Below, in pieces: positions 34,749 through 47,141 of a stretch of 64,000 nt of DNA (the stretch's first letter is position 1; every line of letters starts with the position of its first letter). The stretch is from Saprolegnia diclina VS20 (Eukaryota), in contig NW_008246070.1 of the NCBI RefSeq assembly GCF_000281045.1, positions 586,954 through 650,953 on the forward strand. The letters run 5' to 3'. Both the position numbers and the translations under genes were made by a program. The notes below the pieces were generated by a model. That model did no database searches and was not told where the DNA came from. It saw nothing but the letters and a program-made list of their open reading frames with translations.

Positions 34749-37363
34749 ATGCGCGTGACGGACGAGGCGCTTCTGCGCGGGCGCAGCAAGGCGCCTCTTG
34801 ACCAGCTGCAGGTGCTGCACATCGAGCACTGCAGCGTCCAAGGTCTCGCCAACCTCCAGCACTGCGGCTGCCTCCACTCGCTCTACGCAAACCACAACAA
34901 GCTTGTGGACATAAGCAACCTCGAAGGCCTCCCGCAGCTCTGGCTCGTCGATTTGAGCGCCAACAAGCGGCTCCACGACCTGAGCCCGCTCTCGAGCTGT
35001 CTCGCGCTGGGGTATCTGAATTTGAGCGACGGCAGCTTGAGTTTCAAGGACCTCGTGCCGCTCCATGACGTTCACATTGTCGAGCTGCACTTGCACGGGA
35101 ACGCCAGTCTCATTGGCGACGACGACGAGGCGACGTACCGCATGATCGTCGCCGCCCTCTTGCCCAACGTTATGTCTCTCGACGGCCATTACATCACGGC
35201 GGCCGAGCGCCTTCGCTCGATGGAGCGCTACGACAGGTACGTGCACGTCCTCATGAATGGCGATGTCGATGGCTACGGCACAACGTCGGCGCTCTGGACG
35301 CCGCCCGCTGTGCGCGCGCGCGCCGACAGCCGCGCCACGCGCTTCATGGCGGCGATTGCCAACGAGCCGTCGAGTCTGTCGCTGCGCGAGCCATTTCGCC
35401 TCGTCAGCTTGTTACACCACTACGATGCGATCGCTGTGCTGCACAACGACGGGCTCAGCGTGGCACCTACGCACACCAAGCACACCGAGTGGCCACGAGT
35501 ACCATTGCCAGCGCTGCTCCAGCTGCCACCTCGTGCGACGCTGCACCTTCTGCTGCTCCTCCTTTTGCCGCACGAGTTTTCCACCGTGCCACTGCAAATG
35601 GTTTCGGATGCGCTGACGATCAACCTCCTCGGTCAGGTCGAGAGCAATGTGCTCCGTGCACTGCTTCGCGTCCCGCCATACGTGCGCGTCGCACTCGCCT
35701 TTCACCTCCACAAGCTACAGGCCGCCCAGATACCGCGACTGCCCGACGACGAGCGGCGTCTCTGGGCGACCGTGCCGATGGTGTACACGACGTTCTTGCC
35801 GCCAAAGAGCAAACCGATATCAGATCCAGCATTCCAGCGCCGGTGCTGCTACGTCGTGATTTTGCTGTCACGGTCGCCGTCGTTTCCGGCGCTGTCTGCC
35901 GCCACGTCCGCGGCGTCACCCGAGTACGAGGCGCTCAAACCGCTTCTCGAGGCCGCGCACATGTCCCTCGAGGATTTGTATCCGTCGTCGCAGTCGCTCG
36001 GGCACGCCATGTGGATGGGTGCGTCATCGACTGATCCAAGCGCTCACGTCACAGGCAACGCCGACGAGCTTCCCTGGAACAAGAAGGACGTGCCGCGCAA
36101 GTACGACCGCCCGTGGGAAATGCAGCACAGTGCGAGCGCGCCAGCGCTATCGCCCGCCACCGCACCCGATGGAATCGGCAGTCCTGTCCGCGTGCCCGTC
36201 AAGATTGGCGAGTGGGTCGAAGTCCGGCGCCGGCAGTACGTGCCGATTCTAAGTGTCTCGAACGACACCAAGTACGTTGTCCTGGCGTCGTTCAAAGGCC
36301 AAGACGAGGCCCCGTTTAACGGCAACACGACGTTGCCGGTCGCGCAGCTCCTGAAGGCATCGCACAAGGTCTGGAAAATTCTCGAGCTCACGACCACGTC
36401 CCAGACAAAGCTCGACAAGTCAGTGTGCGGACCTCTGCATCGGGTGTCAAGATCCCACCACAAAAGCGGGCTTCCGCGCGGCGCTGGTGTGCCCAACTTT
36501 GACGTGTCGGACGCTGACGCTGCCGCGGTACTCGAGCGCATCGGCGACCGCGACGCCGTCGGGCTTGTGTCGACCGTCGACGGTTTTGCGCTCAATACGA
36601 CGTGGGATGCCAACTACGTGCTGGCGCCCGCCCACGTCATTGATGTGCAAAACTACTGCATGGCCAAAGTCGACGGCAGCAGCGCGTGGTCGTCGATTGA
36701 AGTCCCGTCCTTTATCGACGCTGCTCAACTCGGCAACCAGCACATTGTGCAGCAGACACGTATGTTGGGTCCCATGCGCCAGCTGCCCGGACTACCTGCA
36801 CGCGCTCCATCGACCCTGAGCAGCAACAACAACAGTCCCGAGCAAGAAGAGACGACCTTGGAAGACGCTGCGGCCTGTAGTACGTCGTCCAAGCCGCTCG
36901 ATGCAATGCTTGCGCTGCAAAAAGACATGGCCGCGCTTCTGGGTCGCACTGTGGCCAGCGACGCAGGAGACTCGGTCTTTCTCACGTCGCTGCAGGAAAT
37001 GCCGAGCGCGCCAACGAGCAACGTATCCTCACCCGCCAAGAAATCAAGCGCGTTGGGCATTTGTCTCTCTCCATTTCGCACAAGTGAGACATTGGAAGTG
37101 GCGGGAGCCGACGAGGCGCAGCCGCTGCGTCGCAAGGCTGGCCACCGCGTCTGGTACCAAGTCCACATCCCGGATGTCGCACCACCATGGTCGTGTGTAG
37201 GCATGCTGTGACGGCCAAGCCGCAGCTCATCGTCGGCTCCGTCCTCGCGTCTCGTCCGCCGTCGCAGAAGCGGCTACGCGCGCCGCTCGCTGCGCTCCCG
37301 AGCTTGAGCGTCCAAGGCGCTACTTCACGCCTTGCGCCCAGCGCCAGTGTCCCGTATTTCTAA
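34749..37363 (+). CDS. Leucine-rich repeat protein
   Basis: N-terminal LxxLxLxxN repeats (LHSLYANHNKL, LWLVDLSANKRL, IVELHLHGN) and an LRR cap (YR..V...LP....LDG..IT..ER). The last exon boundary is uncertain. Confidence 0.78.
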
Positions 37364-37537
37364 TATCTTTGGCGTTTTTTGATTGGTTGCTTTTTATGTG
37401 CACTTTGGCCGTTGGCCAATGAGATGCTCCTGTTTTACGCAACGGTCGTTGATTGGCCGCTTTTCTTTGCGTTGCCCAGGTTGAAGTTGGGCGCTGCACA
37501 GACAGGGCAGCCGACCAACAACGCCTTCCTTCGTATC

Positions 37538-37554
37538 CTCATTATCCTATTTCC
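37538..37554 (+). promoter_or_regulatory. Possible INR+FPR core promoter, with upstream CCAAT boxes
   Basis: CTCATTATCCTATTTCC starts about 40 nt before ATG 37581. GATTGG/CCAAT elements at about 37381, 37416 and 37451. Confidence 0.4.
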
Positions 37555-37580
37555 GAGACAACCCACCAACGACCATCAAC

Positions 37581-38069
37581 ATGGCGGCCACTACGATGAC
37601 GATGACCGTCGACACGAAGATCTGTCTTCACCAGGCCAGCGAAGCCATGGACACGCTGCCCCGCATGCGCTGGAACGAAGACGACCACCGCTTCCACTAC
37701 AACGTCCCGCTCTGCGCGCAGCCCGGCGACGAAGGCTTTGTCATCATGCACGAAGTTGAAAGCTCCAACTGCATCTTGCTCTCGCCTACGGACAAGACCA
37801 AGGTGTTTGAGATGGAGAAGGTCAACGAGATGATCCACGAGGTCGAGCTCGCCGAGCAAGTCCGTGACGCCATCAAGCGTCTCGAGCACAAGCGATCGCA
37901 CAACAAGACGACAAAGGAGCAGTACGAAGAGCGCAAGTCCAAGAAGAGCATCGAGGAAGTCGCGCCGACCAAGCACGTGCACGAACCCAAGTCGCGCGTC
38001 ACGATCAACAAGAACCCCAAGCCCACCCACGTCCGCACGCTCAAGCAGCCGTCGCGCAACACCAAGTAA
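37581..38069 (+). CDS. Hypothetical protein, 162 aa, Lys-rich C-terminus
   Basis: Intronless ORF with strong C/G third-position bias, a CAAC-ATG-G start context and an AT-rich 3' flank. Confidence 0.75.
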   Translation: MAATTMTMTVDTKICLHQASEAMDTLPRMRWNEDDHRFHYNVPLCAQPGDEGFVIMHEVESSNCILLSPTDKTKVFEMEKVNEMIHEVELAEQVRDAIKRLEHKRSHNKTTKEQYEERKSKKSIEEVAPTKHVHEPKSRVTINKNPKPTHVRTLKQPSRNTK

Positions 38070-38444
38070 ATACCCGCGTTTGTACCATTAAGTAAAATTA
38101 AAAATTGACAATTCAACAACACCACCGACTCCAGAGTGAAACACTGTCATGTCATCGCTTCCTACTAGTAGAGCACCCCAGGTCCAGATTTAACAGCAGC
38201 TGCACGCAAGCCATCGCTATTCACCACAAGAAAAAACACGAGGAACCTGCAAGGGCTAGGTCAACGCAAGCGATCTATGGTGCTTCAAGTGTTGCACAGC
38301 GACAGTAAATACACAAATATTCAAGCAACGAAGAGTTGATTGGGAGCATCACGCATGCAGCAGGTACCTCCCTTCGGCCTTTGGTACCACCAACTGTGCT
38401 CATCCTCGTCTAAAGACCTTGGACCACAAGTTCATTTTTATACA

Positions 38445-39539
38445 TTATGTGCGCTTCCGGAGCTTGGCAAAGCGCTCTGCGAGAATATCGAAGTCAGGCA
38501 CATCTACATCGAGGCGCCTCGTCAACCTACGTGCCACGTTGATGGACTCATACCATTGGTATCGCCGCCGGCCGCTGGCGCCTGCTGCACCGAATTGAGT
38601 GTCACCGAGGGCGGAGGCACCGTCGCCCCCGCGGGAGCCGCGACTGGCAACGTAATTGGTGCGGCGGATGGCACGTTGGGAAAGGCCGACGGCAACTTCC
38701 CGGGGGGTGGCGCCTACAAGGCATGCTGCGTGGTAGAGTTCTACATGCAGGCGAACAGGTACCGTGGCGTACACCGCCGCGTAGTTGGGGCCGGAGACGG
38801 GCGCTTGGCCGACGGTGACGCCTGTGGGCGCCATCATTGGCGCCAGCGGGTCCATGGCGGGCGTCTCGATCGGCACCCAGTTGACATTATGCTGCTTGGC
38901 GATCTCCTTCAGGTAGTTGATGACGAGGAACGAGTTGGGCGGCTATGGAGAGCATTGGCGCATCATACTACGAGCGAAAAAGCACCTGCACGCTGAGCTT
39001 GTGGATCACGCGCTCGTTCACGCAGCCATCGACGTTGCGCAAGGCGGCGGCGGCAAAGTCTTGGCCATACTTCTTGGTCAGCTGGCTCTTGACCTGTAGT
39101 GCGTTGAGGCGACGACTGCATACGCCATCGTGTATATACCTCGTTGAGCTCGGGGATCTCGGTGCGGTTCGCGGCCCAGATCAACGTATTGACAGCTTCG
39201 CGCATGTCGTAGGGGCAAGCGCGCTCGGCCTTGATGAGAGCCGCACGCTCGGCGACGAGCTCGCACAGCAGCTCGAGAATCTCGTAGGCTTCGACAACAA
39301 AGTCTTCGCGGATGAGCCCTTCGACCTAAAGACGACGAATGGGATGCATGACGCGAGCCTATGGCGTGGCGACGACGTACCCGGATGCGGGCCTTCTCTT
39401 CCTTTCCCTCGGCGAGGAGCTTGGCGACCTCCTTGCGCAGCACCTTGGCTGCGTTCGCCTTCTTGTTCTTGATGATGCCGATGCGGCCGACCGCCATCTT
39501 GAGGTTCGGCTTGAGCTTATCGACGTTAAAGCCAAACAT
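38445..39539 (-). CDS. IST1: IST1 homolog (ESCRT-III-related regulator of Vps4; multi-exon)
   Basis: KLKPNLKMA..RI....NKK, EKARIR|VEGLIRED..VEAYEILELLCEL..ER, EAV.TLIWAA, KYG..F, a Pro-rich linker and a C-terminal MIT-interacting-like DFD.L..RF..L.K. Confidence 0.9.
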
Positions 39540-39875
39540 GCTCGTCGGGCTGAGGAGCTGTCGGGCTGGCTTTCGAAAATGACGTTCGCTTGGCGTTTGT
39601 ATGGACGGAGCGATTGTCCGATCATCATTCCTCGATACCCATATTGCCCTTGCGAAAATATTGGCATGTCCACCAAGTAGCGCCGCTGAGAACAACTCGT
39701 ACTAGCATGCACAGCAGCAAACACGACCACTCTGCGCGGCAGGGCGACGTCGCACTACCGCCCCAACATGCGCCTACATCTGCACCGCGCTTGAACCGAA
39801 CAGTGTCCTCCTTTCAGTTCTTATACTAAATCTGGCACATGCCGTATTTGAACTTTTTTTTACCGACGGGTGCGG

Positions 39876-42400
39876 ATGGAGGAGGGCTTGCCAGACCGCC
39901 CGCGGGCGTCGGACGAGATCAACAATCTCAAGGCGCGTCTCCATGCGAGCCTCGTGGGCCCGACGCCAAGCCCATATGTGGTCAAGGCCAACTTGGCGCT
40001 AAAGAAGTCCGAGTGCTGGCAGCGCTTTGGCCACGTGTACCATCGATCGGCGCCCGACGACCTCGTGAAGCTTCACGACACGGCCTTTGTCGCTTGCTAC
40101 GTCTGCCACACGGTCTACTCGTTCAAGAGCAAAAACGGCACGACGACGATCATGGCGCACCGCTGCCCGCACGAGCGCAAGCCCCGACCTATTGAGCCGC
40201 CCCAGCGCAAGATGAAGAACCCAGAACTCGACGCGCTCAAGAAGGAGATTCACCATGCGCTCGTCGCTGGCGACGAAGCGCGCGGGTACACGCTGCAGGA
40301 CAACCCGAACGGTATCAAGTCGGGCTGCTGGAAGAAGTTTGGCCACGTGTTTCTGAACGCGATGCCGCTGCGTGCGTTCGACTCGGGCTTTGTCGCTTGC
40401 CGTGATTGCTACGTCGTGTACCAGTACAAGGTGCGCAACGGCACGTCCACGATGACGACGCACACGTGTGATGACGACGCCTTGGGCCGCGTCCGCGCTT
40501 CGCAGCGCCGACCCGAAGTGGCTTCGCTCATATCCGCCAAGCGCGCCCGAATCGATGCCCTGGACGACGACATTCAAGCCATTCGCGCCAGCCTCGTCCA
40601 AGAGAGCTCTGCGTACGCGCTCTTGCCCCACCCAAACGAGCGCAAGGCGCCGTGCTGGGAGCGATTCGGCTTTGTCTATCGGCACGGCGAGCTCGTGGTT
40701 GACACCGAGCATCTCGGGCGCTATTACGTTGGCTGCTACGCATGCAAGTCGCTCTTCAGCTACGCACCAGGCGGCTCCACGGCCTTGCTTCTCGAGCATT
40801 CGTGCGGACGGCCCTTGGAGTTGCTGCAAGAGACGTTTGCCCATGCGTTTCTCTACAGCTGCTGCGAGAGTGGCCTCGACCTTGACCTTCTTGGCCGCGA
40901 GAGCTTTCAGCATCTGCTACAAGCGACGAGCGAGCTCGGGCGCGCGACGACGACGTCGATCCGGGCGGTCATCCCAGACGTCACGCTCATACGCGCCAAG
41001 ATGCAGTCGCTCGTGGAGATGGCGCGCGCTGTCCTCTCGGCGCGGCTCGCCATGGTCGTTCAAGACGGCGTCACCTTTGGCCTCTCGGTGCGTCCGTTGC
41101 GCGTCACGGTCGACGACACCACATTGATGCTCGTCGCAGTACACTATATTGACGCCGACTTTGGCCTCCACCACCGGGTTCTGGACGTCGTTGCGCTCCA
41201 GGATAGTGCGCTGGCGGTGCACGAGACACTCGCTTCGTACAACCTCAGCCTCTCGGCCCACCCCGATACGATGGTCTGCGCACCGAGCTGCAGTCGCATC
41301 CCGCCGCTTCAGGCCAGCGCCGGGCAACTCGCGTGCCCGATCAATGTGCTCTACGCAGTGCTAACGGACCTCCTCCGCCCCGAGTCTTGGTACGACTGCC
41401 TTCCTGGATGTCGGAGCCAACTGGAGCTAGGCGCGACGATACAACTGAGACCTTTCCCCTGCTACGGGCACTCGTGGACCTGGTGACGCACATGCCGGCG
41501 CCCGGGTACGATGCGCGGCAGTGGACGCTTCCACTCGGCTCCCGCGTCTCGTGGCAGACGATGCAAGCGGCCGCGAGCTTCACGCAGCAGCAGTGGGCCT
41601 CGCGTAGCCTCTGGTACCCGAGCGCGTCGTTTTCGAACGCAGCGCTGTCCATCGTCTCGGCCGTCCACGCGATCGCCTCAGTGTTTGCCAAAGCTGTGGA
41701 GGCCTTGGAAGCGCATGCCACGCCGATGCTTCACACCGTGTGCTACTGGAAGCATGCGCTCACGACGTACTGCGCCGCGCCAGCGCTCGCCACCGACGAA
41801 GGGCTTCGGCTCAAGGTCCTCGACCGTCTTCAAGCATGGTCCATATCATCGCTCCACGTCGCTGCCGCGCTCTTGGACCCGGGCCAGCGGAAGCGGCTGC
41901 CGAAATTCGGCATCGACGCCGACACGATCGCGCTGGCCAAGGACGACCTCCGGACGCGCCTTCTGGTGGCAGCGGCGTGCCCGTCGGTCGTCAGCGCCAG
42001 CGCCAAGCCCGTGCAGTCGACGCCGCCGTCCTTGCTTTCAATGTATGGCGACTCGAGCGACGACGACGACAATGACGCGTGCAGCGTCGAGGACGAGCTG
42101 CGCAAGTACTTTGAGAGTCCGCTGCTGGACGAGACAACACCCGAGCCCAACGTGCTGCAGTGGTGGAAGCTTCAGCGCCGACGCTTCCCAATCTTGGCGC
42201 GCGTCGCCCGCTCCATTCTGTGCCTCCCCACGTCGGCTCAACCGACAGTGTCCTTCGCTTCGAGTCCATCGCGAGACGTGGCCAACCTCGTGTTTCTGAA
42301 GTCCAACCGCGACTTGACCCAAGCGGCAACGACACCGTTGCCGCGTGCGGCGGACGACGAGACGCATTATAACAGCGATGAAGGGCAACCACTCATTTAA
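39876..42400 (+). CDS. hAT-transposase-derived protein: 3 BED-type zinc fingers, degenerate catalytic core, hAT C-terminal dimerisation domain (2 exons)
   Basis: Three CW.[RK]FG.V...V[AG]C..C.......G.T....H.C repeats; LH.AAALLDP; EL.KY; VLQWWK....FPILARVAR.IL.LP.S. An intron at about 41390-41430 links ORFs 39870-41486 and 41333-42400. Confidence 0.85.
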
Positions 42401-42434
42401 CAGCCAGCGACTTCTGCCTTTCTTCTTGAGCTGC

Positions 42435-43505
42435 TCAATCGATCTTGCGCGACGCGACGCTGTGGACGAGGCCATCGAGTATTCTGGCGACTGCAAAGAC
42501 ACCGCCTGTAGAGAGGGGTATGACGCATGGAGGGTTGGTCGTCGCAGCGTACCGACGATCGCGCACGTGCTCGTGAGGAACTGGAGGAGCGACGGCTTGG
42601 TCTCAATGTACTCGACCTTGATGGGCGAGAATTCATACGAAAAGACGACGCCAGGAAACGAGAACCGGCCATTCTCATTCGGCTACCGCATCATGAGCAC
42701 AAGGCGCAAGTACACTACGTACATCTGATGCGTGCTCGGTGACCGAGTACTGGTACGTCTGGACCGATGGCCCGTACAGCGGCGTGTACTGCGTCGGTAC
42801 AATTGAAATGCCATACTTGTAGATCTTGACTAGACATCGTGTCAGACGAGGAATGAAGCGACTCGAGACGTACAGTTTTCGACGACAACTTTGTGCACGT
42901 TCTCGAGCGGGTTGATCATCTCGGGGATCGACGGCCCAAAGCGCAGCGAGTGCACAATGTGCGACGAGTTGAAGTCGAGGAACTCGAGAAACGTAAACAT
43001 GTTGAGCGACCCTTCGTGCGCAAAGTTGATGTCGCCCGCGGTCTTTTGCACGTCGACGTAGCCCGTGAAGCGGCAGCCTTCCTCGCTGTTCTCAAGAGGG
43101 TAGGCGATCACGTCGCTCTTGACGATGACCTCGCGGTTGCCCTTGGTGTCGCTCGCGTCCATGGCCACGTCTAAGCAGGCGCGACGTGAGGTGTGCGTGG
43201 TCGAATGCGCACGTACCCGTGCACGGTTCATGCAAAAAGGTAATGTCGACCTCGACGTGCATGATCGTGTCTTGCTACATAGGCCATGAGTGCGTGGCGG
43301 CGGCGAGGCGAAGGCGCACCGGGTCGATGTCGACATACATGCGGTTGACGACCTCGGTCGTCGTGTAGATGCCCAGCTCCGAGAGGAAGAGCAGGAGAAC
43401 GACGACGAGGCTCACGAGGGTGATGATGGCCCCGCTTGTCGTGCGCTCCTGGATGCCTTCGACGCCCTTGGTGTACACGTCGTACTGCCGCAGCCGCTGG
43501 AGCAT
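42435..43505 (-). CDS. ER-Golgi intermediate compartment protein (Erv41/Erv46/ERGIC family; multi-exon)
   Basis: LRQYDVYTK...RTTSGAIITL, EGCR..GY.DV.K..G.I.F, FNSSH.VH.L.FG, NPL, QYSVTEH, PGV.F.YEFSPI.V, FLTS.CAIVGGVF. Confidence 0.9.
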
Positions 43506-43682
43506 CCTGCTACGTGGCTTGGCGTGACTTGCAAACTCAATGTCCGAAAAGCCTGGTTGAGTGATTTTATTCAAAACTCAAATCTTCAAGAGCATTTGCA
43601 TTAATTAAATGTGACGACATGCCTAATTAGGACATGTACGAATCGGAAGCACACAACGGCAAATTCAAACGCCAACAGAGCC

Positions 43683-45137
43683 ATGCGCTCGACACCACCG
43701 CGGCGATCGGCGCGGACCCTACGAAGGGTAGCATGCGCCTGTATGGTCATGGCCATGGCAGCGACAACGCCTCAAGCTGTACATGCCGCAGCCGATGCGC
43801 CGAGCGCGGCCCTCGACGGCGGCGCTGGCGAACCTGCCCGTCCCAAGAACGTCGAGCACGTCACGCCCACCGGCGCAACGACAACGGTCAAGCGCATCTC
43901 GATCTCGCTGCCGAACAAGAAGACGCAAGTGGCCAACGACCCCAGCGGCCGCAATGCTGCTGCGGACGCTCCATCTGGCGCCGTGCATGTGTCGACACGA
44001 CACGAGGCCGAGGTCGTCGAAGTGCCCGTCGCCCCCGACGCAGCGATCGAACCCTTTGATGGCATTCGAAGTACCAAGATCTCGAAAGAGACTGGTCTCA
44101 CCCTCGCAGAGCGTGTCGCTCGAGCGCAAGATATGGAGAAGATGATGGCAAAAGTCCACGACACGCTCCCATCTGTTGACACAATTGCATTCGACAGCTT
44201 TGGGCGCTCGGGCGCCATGGCCAATGGAGACGTTGCATCCAAAGAGCGTGATACGACTGATCTTGACGACAGAAGAGTGCCACTTCTCGCAGATGCAATC
44301 GACGGCGACGCAACACGTGACGAGCCTCAGAAGGTGGCTTGCGATCCCGTACTTGCGTCGGCAAAAGACAATGCGGGACCCTTGACTGCGCACCGGCGGC
44401 TGCAAGCAGACGATCAACCGCTTGCGGGTGCCCCATCGAAGCAGGGCGACGCGTCTGCTGATGATACGCCGCTCCAGAAGCCTCGCGCGATCGAAGTGTC
44501 CAACGAGGCCCTTGACAAAGGCCCCCGCCCCCACCGTCTTCCCAACAAGGCCACGCCAATCACAGCTTCACCGACGCACGACGAGCTCGCGTCATGGGAC
44601 TGGCAGGAAACGGTCAATGCATGGATCGCGGCGGCCAGCGTGTCGCTGGAAGCATCGAAGCACGCATGTGCGTCCCACTTGCGCGCACTCGTCGCTGCTC
44701 TTAGTGACGCGTACGACGTGGGCGAAGCCGTCTTGTGGCTGAACGTGCACGCGACGCTCTCCTTCCTCACCGACGTCCGCGCGTCTTGTGACAAGCTCAT
44801 CGCCAACAGCGAAGACGCTCGTGTCCTTTTGCGCAACACGTGGGGCGCCCTCTTCCTCGGCGTCTTTGGCGCTGTCTTTGCTGGTTTCTACGTGCTCTTG
44901 AGCCACGTGCCCACGGTCGCTGTCGACTATTACCGGACGCTCGACGACTTGGCCAAGGTCAAGGTCAAGCTCACGTCAGTCATAGCCGTCGTGACAGCGC
45001 TCGTTGTCTTCAAGGCGCAGTGGTGGTTCTGGCTCGGTCTTGTCGTGCTCGGCCTCTTCTACTACTGGTCGGGCAACAAGACGGACGCGGCGCAAACCGT
45101 GCATAGAATAGCCCTTCGTCGCGCCCACTCGGTGTGA
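43683..45137 (+). CDS. Hypothetical membrane protein (signal-like N-terminus, C-terminal TM helices)
   Basis: Long intronless ORF with a disordered middle and 2-3 hydrophobic helices near the C-terminus. Confidence 0.65.
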   Translation: MRSTPPRRSARTLRRVACACMVMAMAATTPQAVHAAADAPSAALDGGAGEPARPKNVEHVTPTGATTTVKRISISLPNKKTQVANDPSGRNAAADAPSGAVHVSTRHEAEVVEVPVAPDAAIEPFDGIRSTKISKETGLTLAERVARAQDMEKMMAKVHDTLPSVDTIAFDSFGRSGAMANGDVASKERDTTDLDDRRVPLLADAIDGDATRDEPQKVACDPVLASAKDNAGPLTAHRRLQADDQPLAGAPSKQGDASADDTPLQKPRAIEVSNEALDKGPRPHRLPNKATPITASPTHDELASWDWQETVNAWIAAASVSLEASKHACASHLRALVAALSDAYDVGEAVLWLNVHATLSFLTDVRASCDKLIANSEDARVLLRNTWGALFLGVFGAVFAGFYVLLSHVPTVAVDYYRTLDDLAKVKVKLTSVIAVVTALVVFKAQWWFWLGLVVLGLFYYWSGNKTDAAQTVHRIALRRAHSV

Positions 45138-45625
45138 GCTAGCTACCTCGTACACACATACTACAGTGAAAGAACCTGCAATATAGACGCCGCTTGCTGG
45201 CGTACTAGTATAGAAGAACGCCCCCGACTTGCTTCTCGCCTTTTTCTCTGTTGGAGGTCGTTGAAACACGGTGGAGTGATGGCTTCCAGTTGCAGTCATT
45301 GTGCTTGCGATGTGGGTCATTTGTGCTAAGCAATCACTCGCCTGCGAAGCTGGATGTTCCCGCCCCAAGATGCTCTACTACTACTAGTAGTCTGTGGATC
45401 TATACCGTGGTCACCGAGGTGTTGTTGTCGGCGACAGGACATGCATGCGTTTCTCAGTCGCTTGTCTACAGACTCGCGGGCTGCTGCTTTGCGAAGTCGT
45501 TTTTGGTTGCCGCCAAAACTCAAAAACCTCTATAACACGATATGCGTATCTATCTTTTCTGAGAGGTTTCTCAGGTACGAAACCGAGTCCAAGCTCACAG
45601 TCTCATCGCTCCCGGCTTGCACACG

Positions 45626-46576
45626 ATGATGGAAGACGCACTCCTGGCCACCGCGGGCTCCTTGCTGCTGTCGCTCCTCAAGATCGCGCTGGCCTGCGCC
45701 ATCATCGCTGCAACACTCGTCGCCCTGAGCAGCCTCGCGTCACCGACGGCTACCGGTGCAGCCCCAGCTCGACGGGGTCGCGACGAGCCAGACGCGAGCG
45801 ACCTACGCACCCAGATGGCCTCGAACTCTGCCAAGATCCATGCACTTCACGACGCGGTCGACGGGATGGCAGCACAGCGCAACGCTGCGGATGCGACTCA
45901 TGTGAAAACGCTCACGGACCTCGCTGCGCGCATGGCCGCCGTCGACGTCCGTATCGAGGTCGCCTTGAAGTCGGCGACCAACATGTACGCAATTCCCCTC
46001 ACGGCGCTCAAGCGACAGGTAGCGTCGATCGAAACGGCTCAGACGATCCTGGACGCGCGACTGGCGGCAGCGCTCTCCCACGGCAATACTGCGGTGGCCC
46101 GCGTTGAAGCGCGCTGCATGGGCTTTGACAAAGCAGCGGCCACCAACGACGCCTTCCGTGCCGAGTTTGGAGGCCACGTTCGCGCTCTCGAGGCCAAAAT
46201 CGATGCCATGTCGACGGCGTTGAGTGCGCTGCAGTCCCAACAAGGCATGCCTGTCCTTTCTGTGAGCGCCAAGCCCACTGCGACCACACCGCCGGGGTTT
46301 GAGGAGTCGAAGCCAGCTACACCGTCTCCGCCATTGGAACGTTCCCCTCTTCGTACAACACCTGCCTTCACTTCGTCGCTCCGTCGAAGCCTTGAGGACG
46401 ACAGCGAGGACGAGAACGAGGTAGACCTTCCTACTGCAACTGGTAGCGTCCACCAACGCGGTGCCAAGCCGAAGAAAGGCCATCGCGGCCGGTCGGCCAA
46501 TGCCATCGCTCGGCGCAACGCGATTAGCATGAGCCGCCTCGTCGCCAAGCACATGGCCGAACACGTCTTGGAGTAA
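45626..46576 (+). CDS. Hypothetical protein with N-terminal TM segment and coiled coil
   Basis: Hydrophobic N-terminus, heptad-rich middle and an acidic/basic tail. Confidence 0.6.
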   Translation: MMEDALLATAGSLLLSLLKIALACAIIAATLVALSSLASPTATGAAPARRGRDEPDASDLRTQMASNSAKIHALHDAVDGMAAQRNAADATHVKTLTDLAARMAAVDVRIEVALKSATNMYAIPLTALKRQVASIETAQTILDARLAAALSHGNTAVARVEARCMGFDKAAATNDAFRAEFGGHVRALEAKIDAMSTALSALQSQQGMPVLSVSAKPTATTPPGFEESKPATPSPPLERSPLRTTPAFTSSLRRSLEDDSEDENEVDLPTATGSVHQRGAKPKKGHRGRSANAIARRNAISMSRLVAKHMAEHVLE

Positions 46577-47141
46577 GCTCCGACCCTCGTCCCGACGATG
46601 CCACGATCCCAGCTTGGTCCGTGCGCCTTGCACCTTGGCGCCGTCGTGCCAACCCTTGGCCTCGTACGTAAAACATGATAGCGCTCCCTTTTGCATGCGA
46701 CTTCTCGAGTGCACCAGCAAAGGCAGCTTGTCAATCCGGGTCGCGGCTGTCCCACAGTGGTGTGGTGTAGCGACAGGATACCGCGAGCTCGAAAGATACC
46801 TCGCGCCATAGGACAATGGGCGGCTCTTGGGGAGCGATGTCCCGCCAGCCATTGCGCCGTCGCAGCCACAAGAACCCGCCGGACGATGCTCATGAGGCTG
46901 AGTGAAGGTGCCGGTTCGAAAAAGCAGCGAAAGATTTGGGCTCTGCCCTGTGCCTGGCGCCGATTGGCTGGTTTGACCAACGGAAGCGGATGTACGGTGC
47001 GTGCTTATGTACGCTTTGTATGGATGTCAGTATGTAATGTACGGAATGAAATGGATGTGTACGACGTACACTGGCCGTACCAGGTTCGCGTGGATGACAA
47101 AGGGTGGGACCACTCGCACAGTGCGATTCCAGCGACGGACG

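Noticed and set aside
42397..42400. Apparent overlapping stop codons of the hAT-derived and ERGIC genes
   Set aside because: After splicing, the ERGIC frame stops at 42435; the 42397 ORF is out of frame.
39700..42430. Autonomous hAT DNA transposon
   Set aside because: No terminal inverted repeats or TSD were seen, catalytic residues are missing, and the next gene ends 34 bp downstream.
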